From IMG/VR virus record IMGVR_UViG_3300050821_017626, positions 32,262 to 96,261 of that record: DNA of 64,000 nucleotides, one strand, 5' to 3'. Numbering within the stretch: the first letter of the stretch is position 1; every line of letters starts with the position of its first letter. Below, piece after piece: positions 37,825 to 47,659 of the stretch. Position numbers and translations under genes: made by a program. The notes below the pieces were generated by a model that was not told the DNA's origin, made no database searches, and saw only the letters and a list, made by a program, of their open reading frames with translations. The DNA is from a virus.

Positions 37825-40800
37825 ATGCCCTATTCCTCGAAAAGTGAATTACCGGCTGCCGTAAAGCGCTTGCCAGGTCATGGCCAGCGCGTTTTCAAAT
37901 CGGCGTTTAATGCGGCGCACCGCCAATACTCGGGTGATGAAACGACGGCCTTCAAAGTTGCCTGGGCAGCGGTGAAGCACAAATACAAAAAGTCCGGCAA
38001 TGAATGGGTTGCCAAACAGGACGCTGGAGGAAGAACGGTGCATCAACTTCTTGCTGATCTAAAGACGTTTTATATGCGAGCCTTGGATCAGGCGGAAGTC
38101 GGTGACATGGTGCGGATCAAGGGTGCCATGGATCTGATCGACCAGGTAGCCCTCAATCCCGACAAACACGAGCCGCAGAACGATTTCCAGCAACTGCAGC
38201 AACTGCAAGGGAAGTGTGTTCTGGCACTTGGGTTCGATCTGACCCAGCACATGGGGTATACGCCGACTGTTCCTCACGAGCATGATTTCGCTGGCAGCCT
38301 CAATCACCGTATCCGCTGTGTTTGTAAAGCCGCCAAAGAGCAGATCCCGGAGTATCTTGGTCCTTGGGGTTTCGTCCTGGCCGTCTACCCCGATCACATT
38401 GTTACCTGCGCCGAGGACGACTATCTGGAAGGTTCAGATAAAGACTATTGGTGCGTGGAGTATGAGTTTGACGAGGATTGCGGCGAGGTAACTTTCGGCG
38501 ATGCGGAGCCAGTTGACGTGGCTACGATTGTCGTCAACAAGGGCGAGATGTCCGCGATGGATGGAGATGACGACGATACCCAGAGCCAGGATGCCCTTGG
38601 CCAAATGGAAGGCAAGGATGGTTCTGGCGAATACGGAAACACCAAGCCGAGCAAGGGGGAGTCCAACAAATCAGACGGCGATGGCCAGGATTTCAAAACT
38701 GACAATGGCCAGAAGTTTGGCAAGGCTGCCTACCTGATTATCGGCGATCCGAAATCCCCCTCTACCTGGAAGGTGCGCGTGGAAGAGACACCGGGCCATA
38801 TCACCGTTCCGCAGTTGGGCCGCGCTTATGCCGCGCTCACCAAGGGGTTTCGGGGTAACACGGTTCAAGCGGGGTCTGACGCGAAAACTGCTGCGCTTGC
38901 GAAGCTCAAGGGCCTCAACAAGACCCACGGCGGCGAGTGGCCGGGAGAGCAGGATCAGGGGGACATCCCTGATTGGCTGGCGCAGGGTAAGGACCCGCCG
39001 GGCGGCGATACGGAGCTTGTGCAGACGAACTCGGTGCAACTGCAGTGGGATGGGGAGAAGCATGAGACGGGCGTGATGCGGGTTAGTGGTGTGGCGACCC
39101 GCGCCAACGTGGTCAACTCCAAGAATGAGGTTTATCCGCTCGACGTTTGGCAGGACAACCTTCCTCGGCTGCAGCGGCTGGCGCAGGGCGGTAAACTCGT
39201 GGGCGAGTGCCAGCACCCTGCAGACGGCCGGGCTTCTCTTGATCGCACCTGTATCAAGTACGAAAAGTTGTGGTTGGACGGGAACGACCTGAAGTTCGAA
39301 GGGCTCATTCTTCCCACTGAGCCGCACGGCAAGAATATTCAACTCTTAATCCAGAACAACGTGGCGGTAGACCTTTCCAGCCGGGGGCGCGGCACCCTGA
39401 AGCAGGGGGATTGGGAAGGCGTGACGGGCGTTAGTATCGTACAGCGCGGATTTCGATGTGACGCTTTTGATCCTGTGGTAGCCGGGGCTTCTCCTGGCTC
39501 CCAAATAACCGACTGGCAGATGCAGTCAGCGGACCACAACGATACGGAGGAAGACGTGGAAACGAAGGAGCTATTGGAGAAAATCGCAGCCTCCATGGAA
39601 ACAGTGGGATCGCTGGCTGCGACGGTCGCGAAGCAGGGTGAGATTCTTGCGGAGTTGGGCAAGACGAAGGAAGTGACGCAGGACAAGAACACTGAGCCGA
39701 CGGCGGATGAGGTTCGGGCACAGAAGTTGAATGCCTCGCTCAACAAGATGGCGACCCGCCAGCGCATCGAGGATCTGACGCAGGAAATCAAGGAGCGGCG
39801 CAAGTGGGGCCAGCAGTGGGTGAACAAGTATCGCCAACTGATCGAGAACGCCAAGCCGGAGACGGAGGAGGCGGTGGATCAGGCGGCAAGCCGCGCGGAA
39901 GAGATTGTCGAAGGGATTCTCGATCAGGCGCCCCATTTCCCTGGCAACGGGTTTACCGTGCAGGCGGACAAGGGCGAGCGAGGCTTCCGCAATGGCTCGG
40001 AGTTGCTGGACGATCTGGTCAAGGACTTGCCCGACACAGAACTGGCGCAGAGCCATCCTGATACGGTGTTCCGGCGCCGGGACGAGCAGGGTAATCCGAT
40101 CTTCCCTGGCCATTTCCGCACGCCGCGCCGGCAGATGCGCAAGTGGATGGAGAATATCGCTCGCCATCAGGACGCGAACTTCAACGGGCCGGGCGCGTTG
40201 AAGGAGCTGGTGCTGCTCTCGCAGGGTTACGATCCGAGCTGCACCGCTGATCAGGTGCTCTTCCAGGATTGTTCCGCAGCCGGGTCGACGACCGTGGGGA
40301 ACAGCGGCGCACCGCAGTCGGCCATCTTTATCTTCCCGCTGGTGCGGCGGGTCTTCCCGCAGTTGATTGCCACGGAGCTGGCCTCGGTGCAGCCGATGGA
40401 CCGGCCGGATGGCAAAATCTTCTTCCTCGACTCTTACCGGCAGAGCCCTGGCGTTGACTCAAAGGACAGTGCGGGCGCGACGGTGAGCGGGGAGATGCGG
40501 ATCGACCGGTCGGACTCGTTCAGTTCGAGCTACTCGAATAACCCTGGTGAGTGCCAGGCAGTCAACACCATTCAGCTTCGGTTGTCCTCGATCTCGGTGA
40601 CGGCGGATAACAAGAAGTTGCAGGCGGTGTGGACGATTGAGGAACTGCAGGACCTTCGGGCTTACCATGGGCTGGATGCTTCGCTGGAGTTGGTGGGTTC
40701 GCTCTCGCGCGAGATTGCGCTGGAGTGGAATGAGACGGTGCTCAACGAGCTTACTACTGGCGCTACCGGAGCAAATCTAACGTTTGGAACGACCAATCCT

Positions 40801-41289
40801 ACTGGCTACACGCAGAAGGAATGGGACGAGTACCTTTCGAGGATGCTCGACTCCGCAAGCGCACAGGTGTTCAAGAAGCGCCATGGTGATATTACTCATA
40901 TTGTGGCAGGGCCGGATGCTTGGGTAAAACTCGCAGCGACCTTCCGGGTGGGCACCCATCCGAGGGACGGAGCCAATCCTGAGCAGTATGCAGGGCTGAC
41001 TTTGACGCCGTTCATGCAGGGAACTTTGTCGAATGTCAAGACTTACAAGACAAGTTTCTGGTCTGGGGTCAACACCAATACGATTATGGTATTGCGCAGA
41101 GGGGCTGATTGGTCCGATACCCCTTATGTCTGGGCGCCTTATCTTGATTACGTTTCGCCCGTTCTGACTCTCCCGAATACATTCAACCAGAATCAGGGCA
41201 TTATGAGCCGGGTCGCTCACAAGGTTGTCGTTTCGGAAGCGATTGCCAACATCTCAATCCAGCAAGGGGTGACTGGAGTTCCTTTGTAG
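37825..41289 (+). CDS. Capsid polyprotein: ChaB domain, linker domains, T4 gp21-like prohead protease (about 39067-39525), scaffold, T4 gp23-like major capsid protein (about 40267-41289)
   Basis: ChaB PYSS.SELP..V..LP.H.Q..F..AFNAA...AWAAVK..YKK; protease GECQHP, SSRGRG, FDPV; capsid LVRRVFPQLIA.EL.SVQPM..PDG, KLQAVWT.E..QDL.AYHGLDA..EL, YVWAPY. Confidence 0.92.
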   Translation: MPYSSKSELPAAVKRLPGHGQRVFKSAFNAAHRQYSGDETTAFKVAWAAVKHKYKKSGNEWVAKQDAGGRTVHQLLADLKTFYMRALDQAEVGDMVRIKGAMDLIDQVALNPDKHEPQNDFQQLQQLQGKCVLALGFDLTQHMGYTPTVPHEHDFAGSLNHRIRCVCKAAKEQIPEYLGPWGFVLAVYPDHIVTCAEDDYLEGSDKDYWCVEYEFDEDCGEVTFGDAEPVDVATIVVNKGEMSAMDGDDDDTQSQDALGQMEGKDGSGEYGNTKPSKGESNKSDGDGQDFKTDNGQKFGKAAYLIIGDPKSPSTWKVRVEETPGHITVPQLGRAYAALTKGFRGNTVQAGSDAKTAALAKLKGLNKTHGGEWPGEQDQGDIPDWLAQGKDPPGGDTELVQTNSVQLQWDGEKHETGVMRVSGVATRANVVNSKNEVYPLDVWQDNLPRLQRLAQGGKLVGECQHPADGRASLDRTCIKYEKLWLDGNDLKFEGLILPTEPHGKNIQLLIQNNVAVDLSSRGRGTLKQGDWEGVTGVSIVQRGFRCDAFDPVVAGASPGSQITDWQMQSADHNDTEEDVETKELLEKIAASMETVGSLAATVAKQGEILAELGKTKEVTQDKNTEPTADEVRAQKLNASLNKMATRQRIEDLTQEIKERRKWGQQWVNKYRQLIENAKPETEEAVDQAASRAEEIVEGILDQAPHFPGNGFTVQADKGERGFRNGSELLDDLVKDLPDTELAQSHPDTVFRRRDEQGNPIFPGHFRTPRRQMRKWMENIARHQDANFNGPGALKELVLLSQGYDPSCTADQVLFQDCSAAGSTTVGNSGAPQSAIFIFPLVRRVFPQLIATELASVQPMDRPDGKIFFLDSYRQSPGVDSKDSAGATVSGEMRIDRSDSFSSSYSNNPGECQAVNTIQLRLSSISVTADNKKLQAVWTIEELQDLRAYHGLDASLELVGSLSREIALEWNETVLNELTTGATGANLTFGTTNPTGYTQKEWDEYLSRMLDSASAQVFKKRHGDITHIVAGPDAWVKLAATFRVGTHPRDGANPEQYAGLTLTPFMQGTLSNVKTYKTSFWSGVNTNTIMVLRRGADWSDTPYVWAPYLDYVSPVLTLPNTFNQNQGIMSRVAHKVVVSEAIANISIQQGVTGVPL

Positions 41290-41372
41290 GATTGGTCTGA
41301 ATGTTGCATACAGGGTAGTAGTTGGGTATAGTTGAAACCAACTACTGCTCTGTGCGCAACAGGAGGATCAAG

Positions 41373-42182
41373 TTGACGACCTTAACAAAGAAGTGTCCAT
41401 CGTGTATAGTAAAGTCGGCAAACGAGTTCTACTCTGATAACAGTAAGCCAGATGGGCTTTCTGCTTACTGCAAAGCCTGTCGTGAAAAGACAAGACGAGA
41501 AAAGCGGATTGCCAAACAATTAGCTAATCCAAAGCCTCCAAGAATTACAGAGTGGCCACCTGAAACTTTGAAGGTCTGCACCTTCAAAGAGGGTTGTGTC
41601 AAGCCAATATCAGAGTTCTATAAGGCAAAGGCTGGCAAGTACGGCGTCCATAGTTATTGCAAGGAGTGCGCAGGCGAGTTTCAGCGACTAAACATAGCAA
41701 AGAGAGTGGAGAAGTATAAGCCAGTAACTGAAGGGCACAAGTATTGCGCTGGATGCAAACAAGATCATTCAGTTTCAGATTTTACTCCCCAGAAGGGAAG
41801 CCCCAGTGGGTTGCACCATTACTGTAGGGTCTGTCAGGCAAAAAAACGGCAGGAAATGAGATATGAAGTACTGTGCCATTACTCCGACGCAGACTATCCT
41901 CGGTGTGAGTGCTGTCACGAAACCATACTTGAATTTCTGTCGATAGATCACATTCATGGTGGCGGGGGCAAGGAACGCAAACAGATACGTGGTACCAATT
42001 ATTATGGCTGGCTAAGGAGTCACGGGCTTCCCGCCGGCATGCGCGTTTTGTGTCATAACTGCAACCAGTCCTTTGGATTCTATGGATATTGCCCTCACCA
42101 ACGAGAGGAAACACATCTTTGTCTCACGAATACGTCCGCAATACATCCACCATCAAGCAATGCCTTGGTCACTTCGCCCTAG
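41373..42182 (+). mobile_element. HNH homing endonuclease with repeated Cys-ribbon domains
   Basis: Three KxCxxC...F...CKxC units; LSIDHIHGGG...LCHNCN. Confidence 0.85.
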
Positions 42183-42605
42183 AACCCGGCGAATTCAAAC
42201 CCGCCCCTGCGGAGGTCATCACTGCCCTCCGCAGCGGCCCCATCAAAGATCTTATAGTTCTCGATCAGAACTCCGATAACTGGCTCTTCAAGACCACCGA
42301 TCATCTGCCTTTCTCGCCCCGCTACCGTTGACCTTATGTTCAATCGATGCGATTTTAAACTACTTCTCGCAATTCAAGAAAGGTTGTCCCTCATGCCTAC
42401 CCGTGCCGATTTCGACGCCGCTATCGCGGCTCTCAAGCAGGCAGTGGCCGATGCCACGACCCGCGTGACCAACGATATTCAGACCCTCCGCAATGAGTTG
42501 GCCAACGGCGTGTTGGTGACGGACGCGGATCTCGCCTCCATTCAGGCCGATACCACAGCGATTGGTGAGATTGATCCCGCACCCGCGCCCGCTCCGGCCG
42601 CGTAG
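42119..42605 (+). other. Two small post-capsid genes (about 42119-42331 and 42336-42605)
   Basis: ORFs within the late operon. Confidence 0.55.
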
Positions 42606-42670
42606 CGTTTGCCTGAATAGTGCTATTTTCTTGTACAAGAAAAGTCCTCTTTCCCCGCAAATGATCTCCG

Positions 42671-43432
42671 ATGACAAATGCTCAGATCATCGCCAGTGTG
42701 CAATCGATGGGGTACCCTCCTACCCTGCTTTCGTCAACGGAGATCACCGAGGGGATCAACCGGGCATTGCTGGATCTTCAGTATGAATATCCGCTCCAGA
42801 CAGCGGGAATGTTCAAAACTGTTGCCTTTCAACAGAATTACGACCTTTTTAACCCGGTTCAAGACCTCACCAAGTCGCAAGGCGTTCTCCCTGGCGGCAT
42901 CCGCGTGCTGGAAATCGTCTGGTCTCCGGTCTCAACCGGCCAGTCGCTCGACGTATTTGGCATCGCGCCCTTTCTCCAGGGCCTGACGATTGCCCCCGGT
43001 GAGATCACCACCTACTCTTTCCAGACACCTACTGACTTCTGGATGTGGGACCTGAACTGGAATGAGTTCGTGAAGCGCTTCGGTCCGCAAGGATTCGAGC
43101 ACGTCAATAGCGCGCCCGGCTCACCGATCCGCATGTATCCGGTGCCGCGCGATAATGGTTTGTTCGTCTTCGTGCAGTATACCAAGTATCGCACCCTGGA
43201 CGCGTTGCAGAACGAAGACGAAGCCTGGTTTCTGAAGTTCGTCGAAGCGCAGTGTTGCTACACCCTGCACCGGAAGATGAATAACGTGGCCGGCACCCGC
43301 ATTGGGGATCTAGGCCACGACGGGAAGAGCGCCCTCTACTGGAAAGTGGAGGGAGACCGGCTGCTGAAGTATGCCTGGGACATGTTCCACCGCCGCCGCT
43401 ACGAGACCATCGGCGTAGCCCAGAGGTACTAG
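42671..43432 (+). CDS. Putative head-tail adaptor (neck) protein
   Basis: Position after the capsid gene; IRMYPVP motif. Confidence 0.6.
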   Translation: MTNAQIIASVQSMGYPPTLLSSTEITEGINRALLDLQYEYPLQTAGMFKTVAFQQNYDLFNPVQDLTKSQGVLPGGIRVLEIVWSPVSTGQSLDVFGIAPFLQGLTIAPGEITTYSFQTPTDFWMWDLNWNEFVKRFGPQGFEHVNSAPGSPIRMYPVPRDNGLFVFVQYTKYRTLDALQNEDEAWFLKFVEAQCCYTLHRKMNNVAGTRIGDLGHDGKSALYWKVEGDRLLKYAWDMFHRRRYETIGVAQRY

Positions 43433-43433
43433 G

Positions 43434-43838
43434 ATGCCTGTTGGCGATACCGCTGGCCAAATCTATGCGGACCTGGTGTTCACCGAGTGGCCAGGGTTGG
43501 GGCCGGATCGCACGGCCACCACCTTCGACCTCTGGCGCCGCACGACGGCGGGCGCAGTCAACGATCTCGGGGTTCCGAACGATCCGTTCACGAAGATCCA
43601 GAGCAACCAGCCCTGCACCATTGTTGGTTTCAAGCGCGACAAAGAAGGGGCCTTCGAGATCAAGCCGCAGGGCAAGGTCGAGTACATCATTGAGGAGATG
43701 CACACCACGCTTCTCGACGTGCGGGCTGGCGATAACGTCTTCATCTACCTGGACAGCCGCTACTACAATGTCGAGCGCGCCTCCCTGATGGGGACCGTTA
43801 CGAAACTCGTGTTGGACCACGCTTCGGAACAACTGTAG
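43434..43838 (+). CDS. Putative head closure protein
   Basis: Position, size, DVRAGD...YYNV motif. Confidence 0.6.
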   Translation: MPVGDTAGQIYADLVFTEWPGLGPDRTATTFDLWRRTTAGAVNDLGVPNDPFTKIQSNQPCTIVGFKRDKEGAFEIKPQGKVEYIIEEMHTTLLDVRAGDNVFIYLDSRYYNVERASLMGTVTKLVLDHASEQL

Positions 43839-43849
43839 CGGAGACGACG

Positions 43850-44365
43850 ATGCCCGATCTGGCCACGGCGGTTCGCACTCACCTGAGCCAGACAAAAGTG
43901 GTCCTTGCAGTAGCCCTCGATAAGTCGTGTGAGTTGCTCCTGGATGAGATGAAGTTGCTCACAGCGCGGATCGATCACGACTTGAATCAACTGCGAGAGA
44001 TGGGCCATCCTTACCGCGTGACGGCAGAGCAGGGCTTCCCCCATCCTGATTGGATCGTTCACAATCAGTCAGCCGGGTTGCAGGAGGGGCTGAAGAAAAT
44101 TCCGGCAACGGTTCTCGGGAATCAGATCGAAGCCGAAATCATCTCGGAGGCTTACTATACCTGGTTCCTCTTGCTCGGGACGCGCTATATGAGACCGAGA
44201 GATTTTGTGAGCGCTGCCATCATCAACCGGGAGAAAGAAGTCGAAGCCCTGATCGAGCGTGCCTGGTTTGCGGTTCACGATGGGGCGAACCAGCCGGGGA
44301 ATTCGGTGTCTGTTAACTTGATTTTGCACGACCTGTATCCCGCACAGCTTCCTGACAGAGTATGA
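43850..44365 (+). CDS. HK97 gp10-like tail completion protein
   Basis: AYYTWFLLLGTRYMRPRDF. Confidence 0.75.
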   Translation: MPDLATAVRTHLSQTKVVLAVALDKSCELLLDEMKLLTARIDHDLNQLREMGHPYRVTAEQGFPHPDWIVHNQSAGLQEGLKKIPATVLGNQIEAEIISEAYYTWFLLLGTRYMRPRDFVSAAIINREKEVEALIERAWFAVHDGANQPGNSVSVNLILHDLYPAQLPDRV

Positions 44366-44805
44366 GCCTCCCGCTTCGATCACTGGCAGCCATTCGTTCT
44401 CGGTTGCTGACCGACCCTAATCTGGCTGCCATCGTCGGCACGCGGATCTCACTGGCCTACATCTTCGATCAGGCGGAGACCGTTTATCCCTGCATCACGA
44501 TTGCGCAGATGGATGGCAACAATCCTCCCTGGCTGAATGTACCGGGTGGCACCATTTACGGCGGAGTGACCCTGGTTGAGGGTCAGGTGATGGTAGAGAG
44601 TTTCAGCAAAACGGCGGTCGATCAGGTTTCCTTGATTGATGACTATGTTTTTGCCCTGCTTCACAAACAAGAATCGTTGACGAGCGGCGGTGGCGCTTGC
44701 TTCAAAGAGATCCGGCGTACGTGGAATAAGAGTGGGGAGTGGGACGGGAGTTCCAACTTCTGGAGAACGGCTTCCCGATTTACCGTAAAGGTCGTGTTGA
44801 GCTAG
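44362..44805 (+). CDS. Tail terminator protein (DUF3168-like)
   Basis: AIRSRL..DPNLAAIVGTRI...YPCITI. Confidence 0.75.
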   Translation: MSLPLRSLAAIRSRLLTDPNLAAIVGTRISLAYIFDQAETVYPCITIAQMDGNNPPWLNVPGGTIYGGVTLVEGQVMVESFSKTAVDQVSLIDDYVFALLHKQESLTSGGGACFKEIRRTWNKSGEWDGSSNFWRTASRFTVKVVLS

Positions 44806-44821
44806 ACGCAAGGAGAAGAAA

Positions 44822-45430
44822 GTGGCACGTATCAATACCGAGAAAATTACTCTCGGGCTCGGAGTTCTTGAACTTGGCGTCTTCTCGAACGGCGCCTTCG
44901 TTTCGTATGCCGATGCCGGTGCTATCAAGGCCACGGGTACCGTTACTTGGATGCGAGAAACGCTTCCTTTTGAGACGGGCCGACCCCTGCAGATCGTCAA
45001 GCGGGACACGGTTCGCGAGCACGCGATGTTTCAGTTTGAGCTGGCTGAAGTGTCGGTGGCGAACATCAAGGCATCGATTGGTTACTTCTCTGTAAGCTCC
45101 TCGGTCGTTCCTACTTTTGTGGATGGCACGAGCGTTGCCCCCACCGGTGACCTGACCAGCAGCGTTTCTGCGGTTGGTCCGAGCGATGTAATAGGGTTTG
45201 GCGGGCTCTGCGACCTGAATCTAGTAAGCTTACGTTTTACACACCTAAAAGCATGCTCCACGGGTAGGCGGCAAATTGTAGAAATTTACAAGGCTCGTCC
45301 CACCGGAACTCTGGCTTTGCCATTTCGTGAGACAGACTGGAATCAATACACCATTCAATGGGAAGCAGAGCCCGACCTGACGAAGCCGGCGGGTCAGCAA
45401 CTGATGCAATTCATAGACGAGAGACCTTGA
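44822..45430 (+). CDS. Major tail tube protein
   Basis: Lies between terminator and chaperone; ITLGLG..., VEIYKA...L.LPF. Confidence 0.75.
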   Translation: MARINTEKITLGLGVLELGVFSNGAFVSYADAGAIKATGTVTWMRETLPFETGRPLQIVKRDTVREHAMFQFELAEVSVANIKASIGYFSVSSSVVPTFVDGTSVAPTGDLTSSVSAVGPSDVIGFGGLCDLNLVSLRFTHLKACSTGRRQIVEIYKARPTGTLALPFRETDWNQYTIQWEAEPDLTKPAGQQLMQFIDERP

Positions 45431-45473
45431 CGACAGTCGTAATAACCAGTGGTATGGAACTGAGGGCTGGCTT

Positions 45474-46757
45474 TCATTTGCCAGCCCTCTTTTTTCCAGA
45501 GGGTGTGAATAGGGCTTCTTCCGGCGACCATCCTAGTTCAACGATGCGCCTCCTAACGGTGCCGACATCTATCCCAACTTTTTCGGCCCAGTCATTCAGG
45601 CAGAGTGTAGTTTCTCCAATAGTTATGAGGTGATTTCTTCTTGTGTTCCTGTTTTGAACAGCCTTCGTAACCCATCGTACGTTATCGGGATAGTATCCTC
45701 TTTCGTTGTCGATGCGATCCAACGAGTGGGCTGGCGATGGCCGCTTTCCGACATCCCTTTTGAAGGCTTCGAAAGATGAGATCCATTCAGGGTATATCGT
45801 CAATCCTCGCCCTCCATAGTGTTGATAGGATCGATCCTGAGGATTTAAACACCTGCCCTTGATATTTTGCCAAGCCTGATATTCTGCCGTTTTTGTCTTG
45901 GATGTGCCTTCTGTCTCGGCTTTCGCTTTGTGTACTGGCGTAAATATGGCTTCTTCCTCGGTCCACCCTAATTTGTGAATTCGTGTCGAGATAGTGCCCT
46001 GTTTAATACCTACAAGGAGCGCCCAGTCTGTAAGATAGTGGGTTTCCCCATCGATGGTGATCTTTCGGTTCCCTCTTTGGTTTCTTTGTTGCTCGACCTC
46101 TGTTGCCCAGTGACAGTTGCCGGGAAAGTATCCCAAGTCGTTGTTAATACGGTCCAAAGTATATTCGAGAGAGGGTCTTGGACCAACGTCGTTTAAGAAC
46201 GTCTCGAAAGAATCGATCCATTGTTGGCACATGGTAATGCCTCGGCCTCCGTAATCCTTATATTGCGGATTGTTGGGGTTTGAGCAGCGTTGCATTATCC
46301 CCTTCCAGATGCGATATTCGCTTCTCATCTTGCCACGCTGCGAGGCTCCATGCCTCCAGTTTTTGGCAGCGACCATTTCAGATTTCATGCAACCACAAGA
46401 CGAGGTTGTGCCGTGAACTAAATTGTAGACGCTGACTGTTGCCTTGTTCCCACAGTCGCAGACACAATCCACCTTGTTGTTTCCGGGAACGGGTTCAGTT
46501 AACAGGGTCAATCTTCCATACTTTTGTCCCACTTCGACAAAAACCGTTCTCTTGAGACATCCGCAGGACTTTACCCTTCCCTTCAAGAGGTCGCATTCTT
46601 GAGTAATCTTTGTGTTCCCGCAGTCGCAGAGACATTTGACTTCCGAGCGAGTGTTTTTCGGATGGCCAACGACCGTTAGTAACCCGAAGCGTTCGCCTAC
46701 GGGGAGAAGATACGTCTCCTCTTCGGCCGACCCATGTTGTTGTGTTGCCTGTTTCAT
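45474..46757 (-). mobile_element. HNH homing endonuclease with duplicated domains, antisense to the tail operon
   Basis: Two GRLT...C.CDCG...SCGC units and two YGGRG...LDRI(N/D)N..GY.P.N..W units. Confidence 0.88.
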
Positions 46758-46889
46758 AACCTTATCGTAGCACTTTTTGTGCCAAAAGCAGCAGTATTAC
46801 ACAGTTAATTTATTGCCATCCAAAGAATCGTTTTGTATAATTGGAGAAGAAGTCACTCGTCAACTACCCACAAGGAGTTTTCATCTAGC

Positions 46890-47339
46890 ATGTCCGACGA
46901 ACTAAATCTCGATCTCGTTGAATCTGTCCCTGTCACTCTCGGTGGCAAGAACTATGTGATCACGCAGCAGTCTCGCCCCCAGATCGAACGAATCCTTCGC
47001 ATTGTCAACTCCGAAGTTGCCGAAGCGCCCGTCGCTGCAGCGGCCGAAGGTGAGAAAGAAGCAACCCTCACCGACATTCTATTTCGCAACTTCGACGCGG
47101 CTCTTCCTGCCTTTGCTATGATTCTTGGCTACGAGGATCTCTCCTCGCCGGCTGGCGAGGAAATGCTGGTACACCTGAAGCAGCACTTACGTCCGGCGGG
47201 AGCTATCAAGGTGTTCAATCGCTGGTATGAGGTGAACGACATCCGTAGTTTTTTTCTTCGAGGGGGCCGGCTTCTGCTTTTACCGGAAATTGTCAAGGCA
47301 ATCGAAGCGAAGGAAGATCAACTGACGGAGCCGATCTAG
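46890..47339 (+). CDS. Tail assembly chaperone (gpG-like)
   Basis: Precedes the tape measure; AAGGAG RBS; slippery T-TTT-TTT at 47249-47255. Confidence 0.8.
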   Translation: MSDELNLDLVESVPVTLGGKNYVITQQSRPQIERILRIVNSEVAEAPVAAAAEGEKEATLTDILFRNFDAALPAFAMILGYEDLSSPAGEEMLVHLKQHLRPAGAIKVFNRWYEVNDIRSFFLRGGRLLLLPEIVKAIEAKEDQLTEPI

Positions 47340-47653
47340 GAGACGACCCTGATTTCGACCTCAACTACTACGATCTTGTTGAAGAGGCGGCGGCTGAATG
47401 GGGCCGGTCGCCTGCGGAGGTGGTACGCATGCCGTGGGTTCACTTGAAACGCTGGTGGGAAATCCTGCAAAAACGCAAGCGCCGCGATCTCAAACTACAG
47501 GCGCAGTTGCACAGTCTGGGGATGGCCTCGCAGATGGGGGCTATGTGGGGCGGTGGCTCTGCAGCCGATATTGAGGAGCCGAGCGAGAGCCAGATTGATA
47601 ATCTGTCCGAGATGGGCTTCAACGTTCAAGTTCGTCATGTCGGGGGAGAGTAA
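47249..47653 (+). CDS. -1 frameshift extension of the tail chaperone (gpGT-like)
   Basis: The -1 frame opens right after TAG 47246-47248 at the T7 run and reads to 47653; WGRSPAEVVRMPW. Confidence 0.8.
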   Translation, partial: FFSSRGPASAFTGNCQGNRSEGRSTDGADLGDDPDFDLNYYDLVEEAAAEWGRSPAEVVRMPWVHLKRWWEILQKRKRRDLKLQAQLHSLGMASQMGAMWGGGSAADIEEPSESQIDNLSEMGFNVQVRHVGGE

Positions 47654-47659
47654 CGTTCG

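Noticed and set aside
41290-46860. Group I introns around the HNH genes
   Set aside because: Flanking genes appear complete with their own starts and stops, and no intron core was recognised
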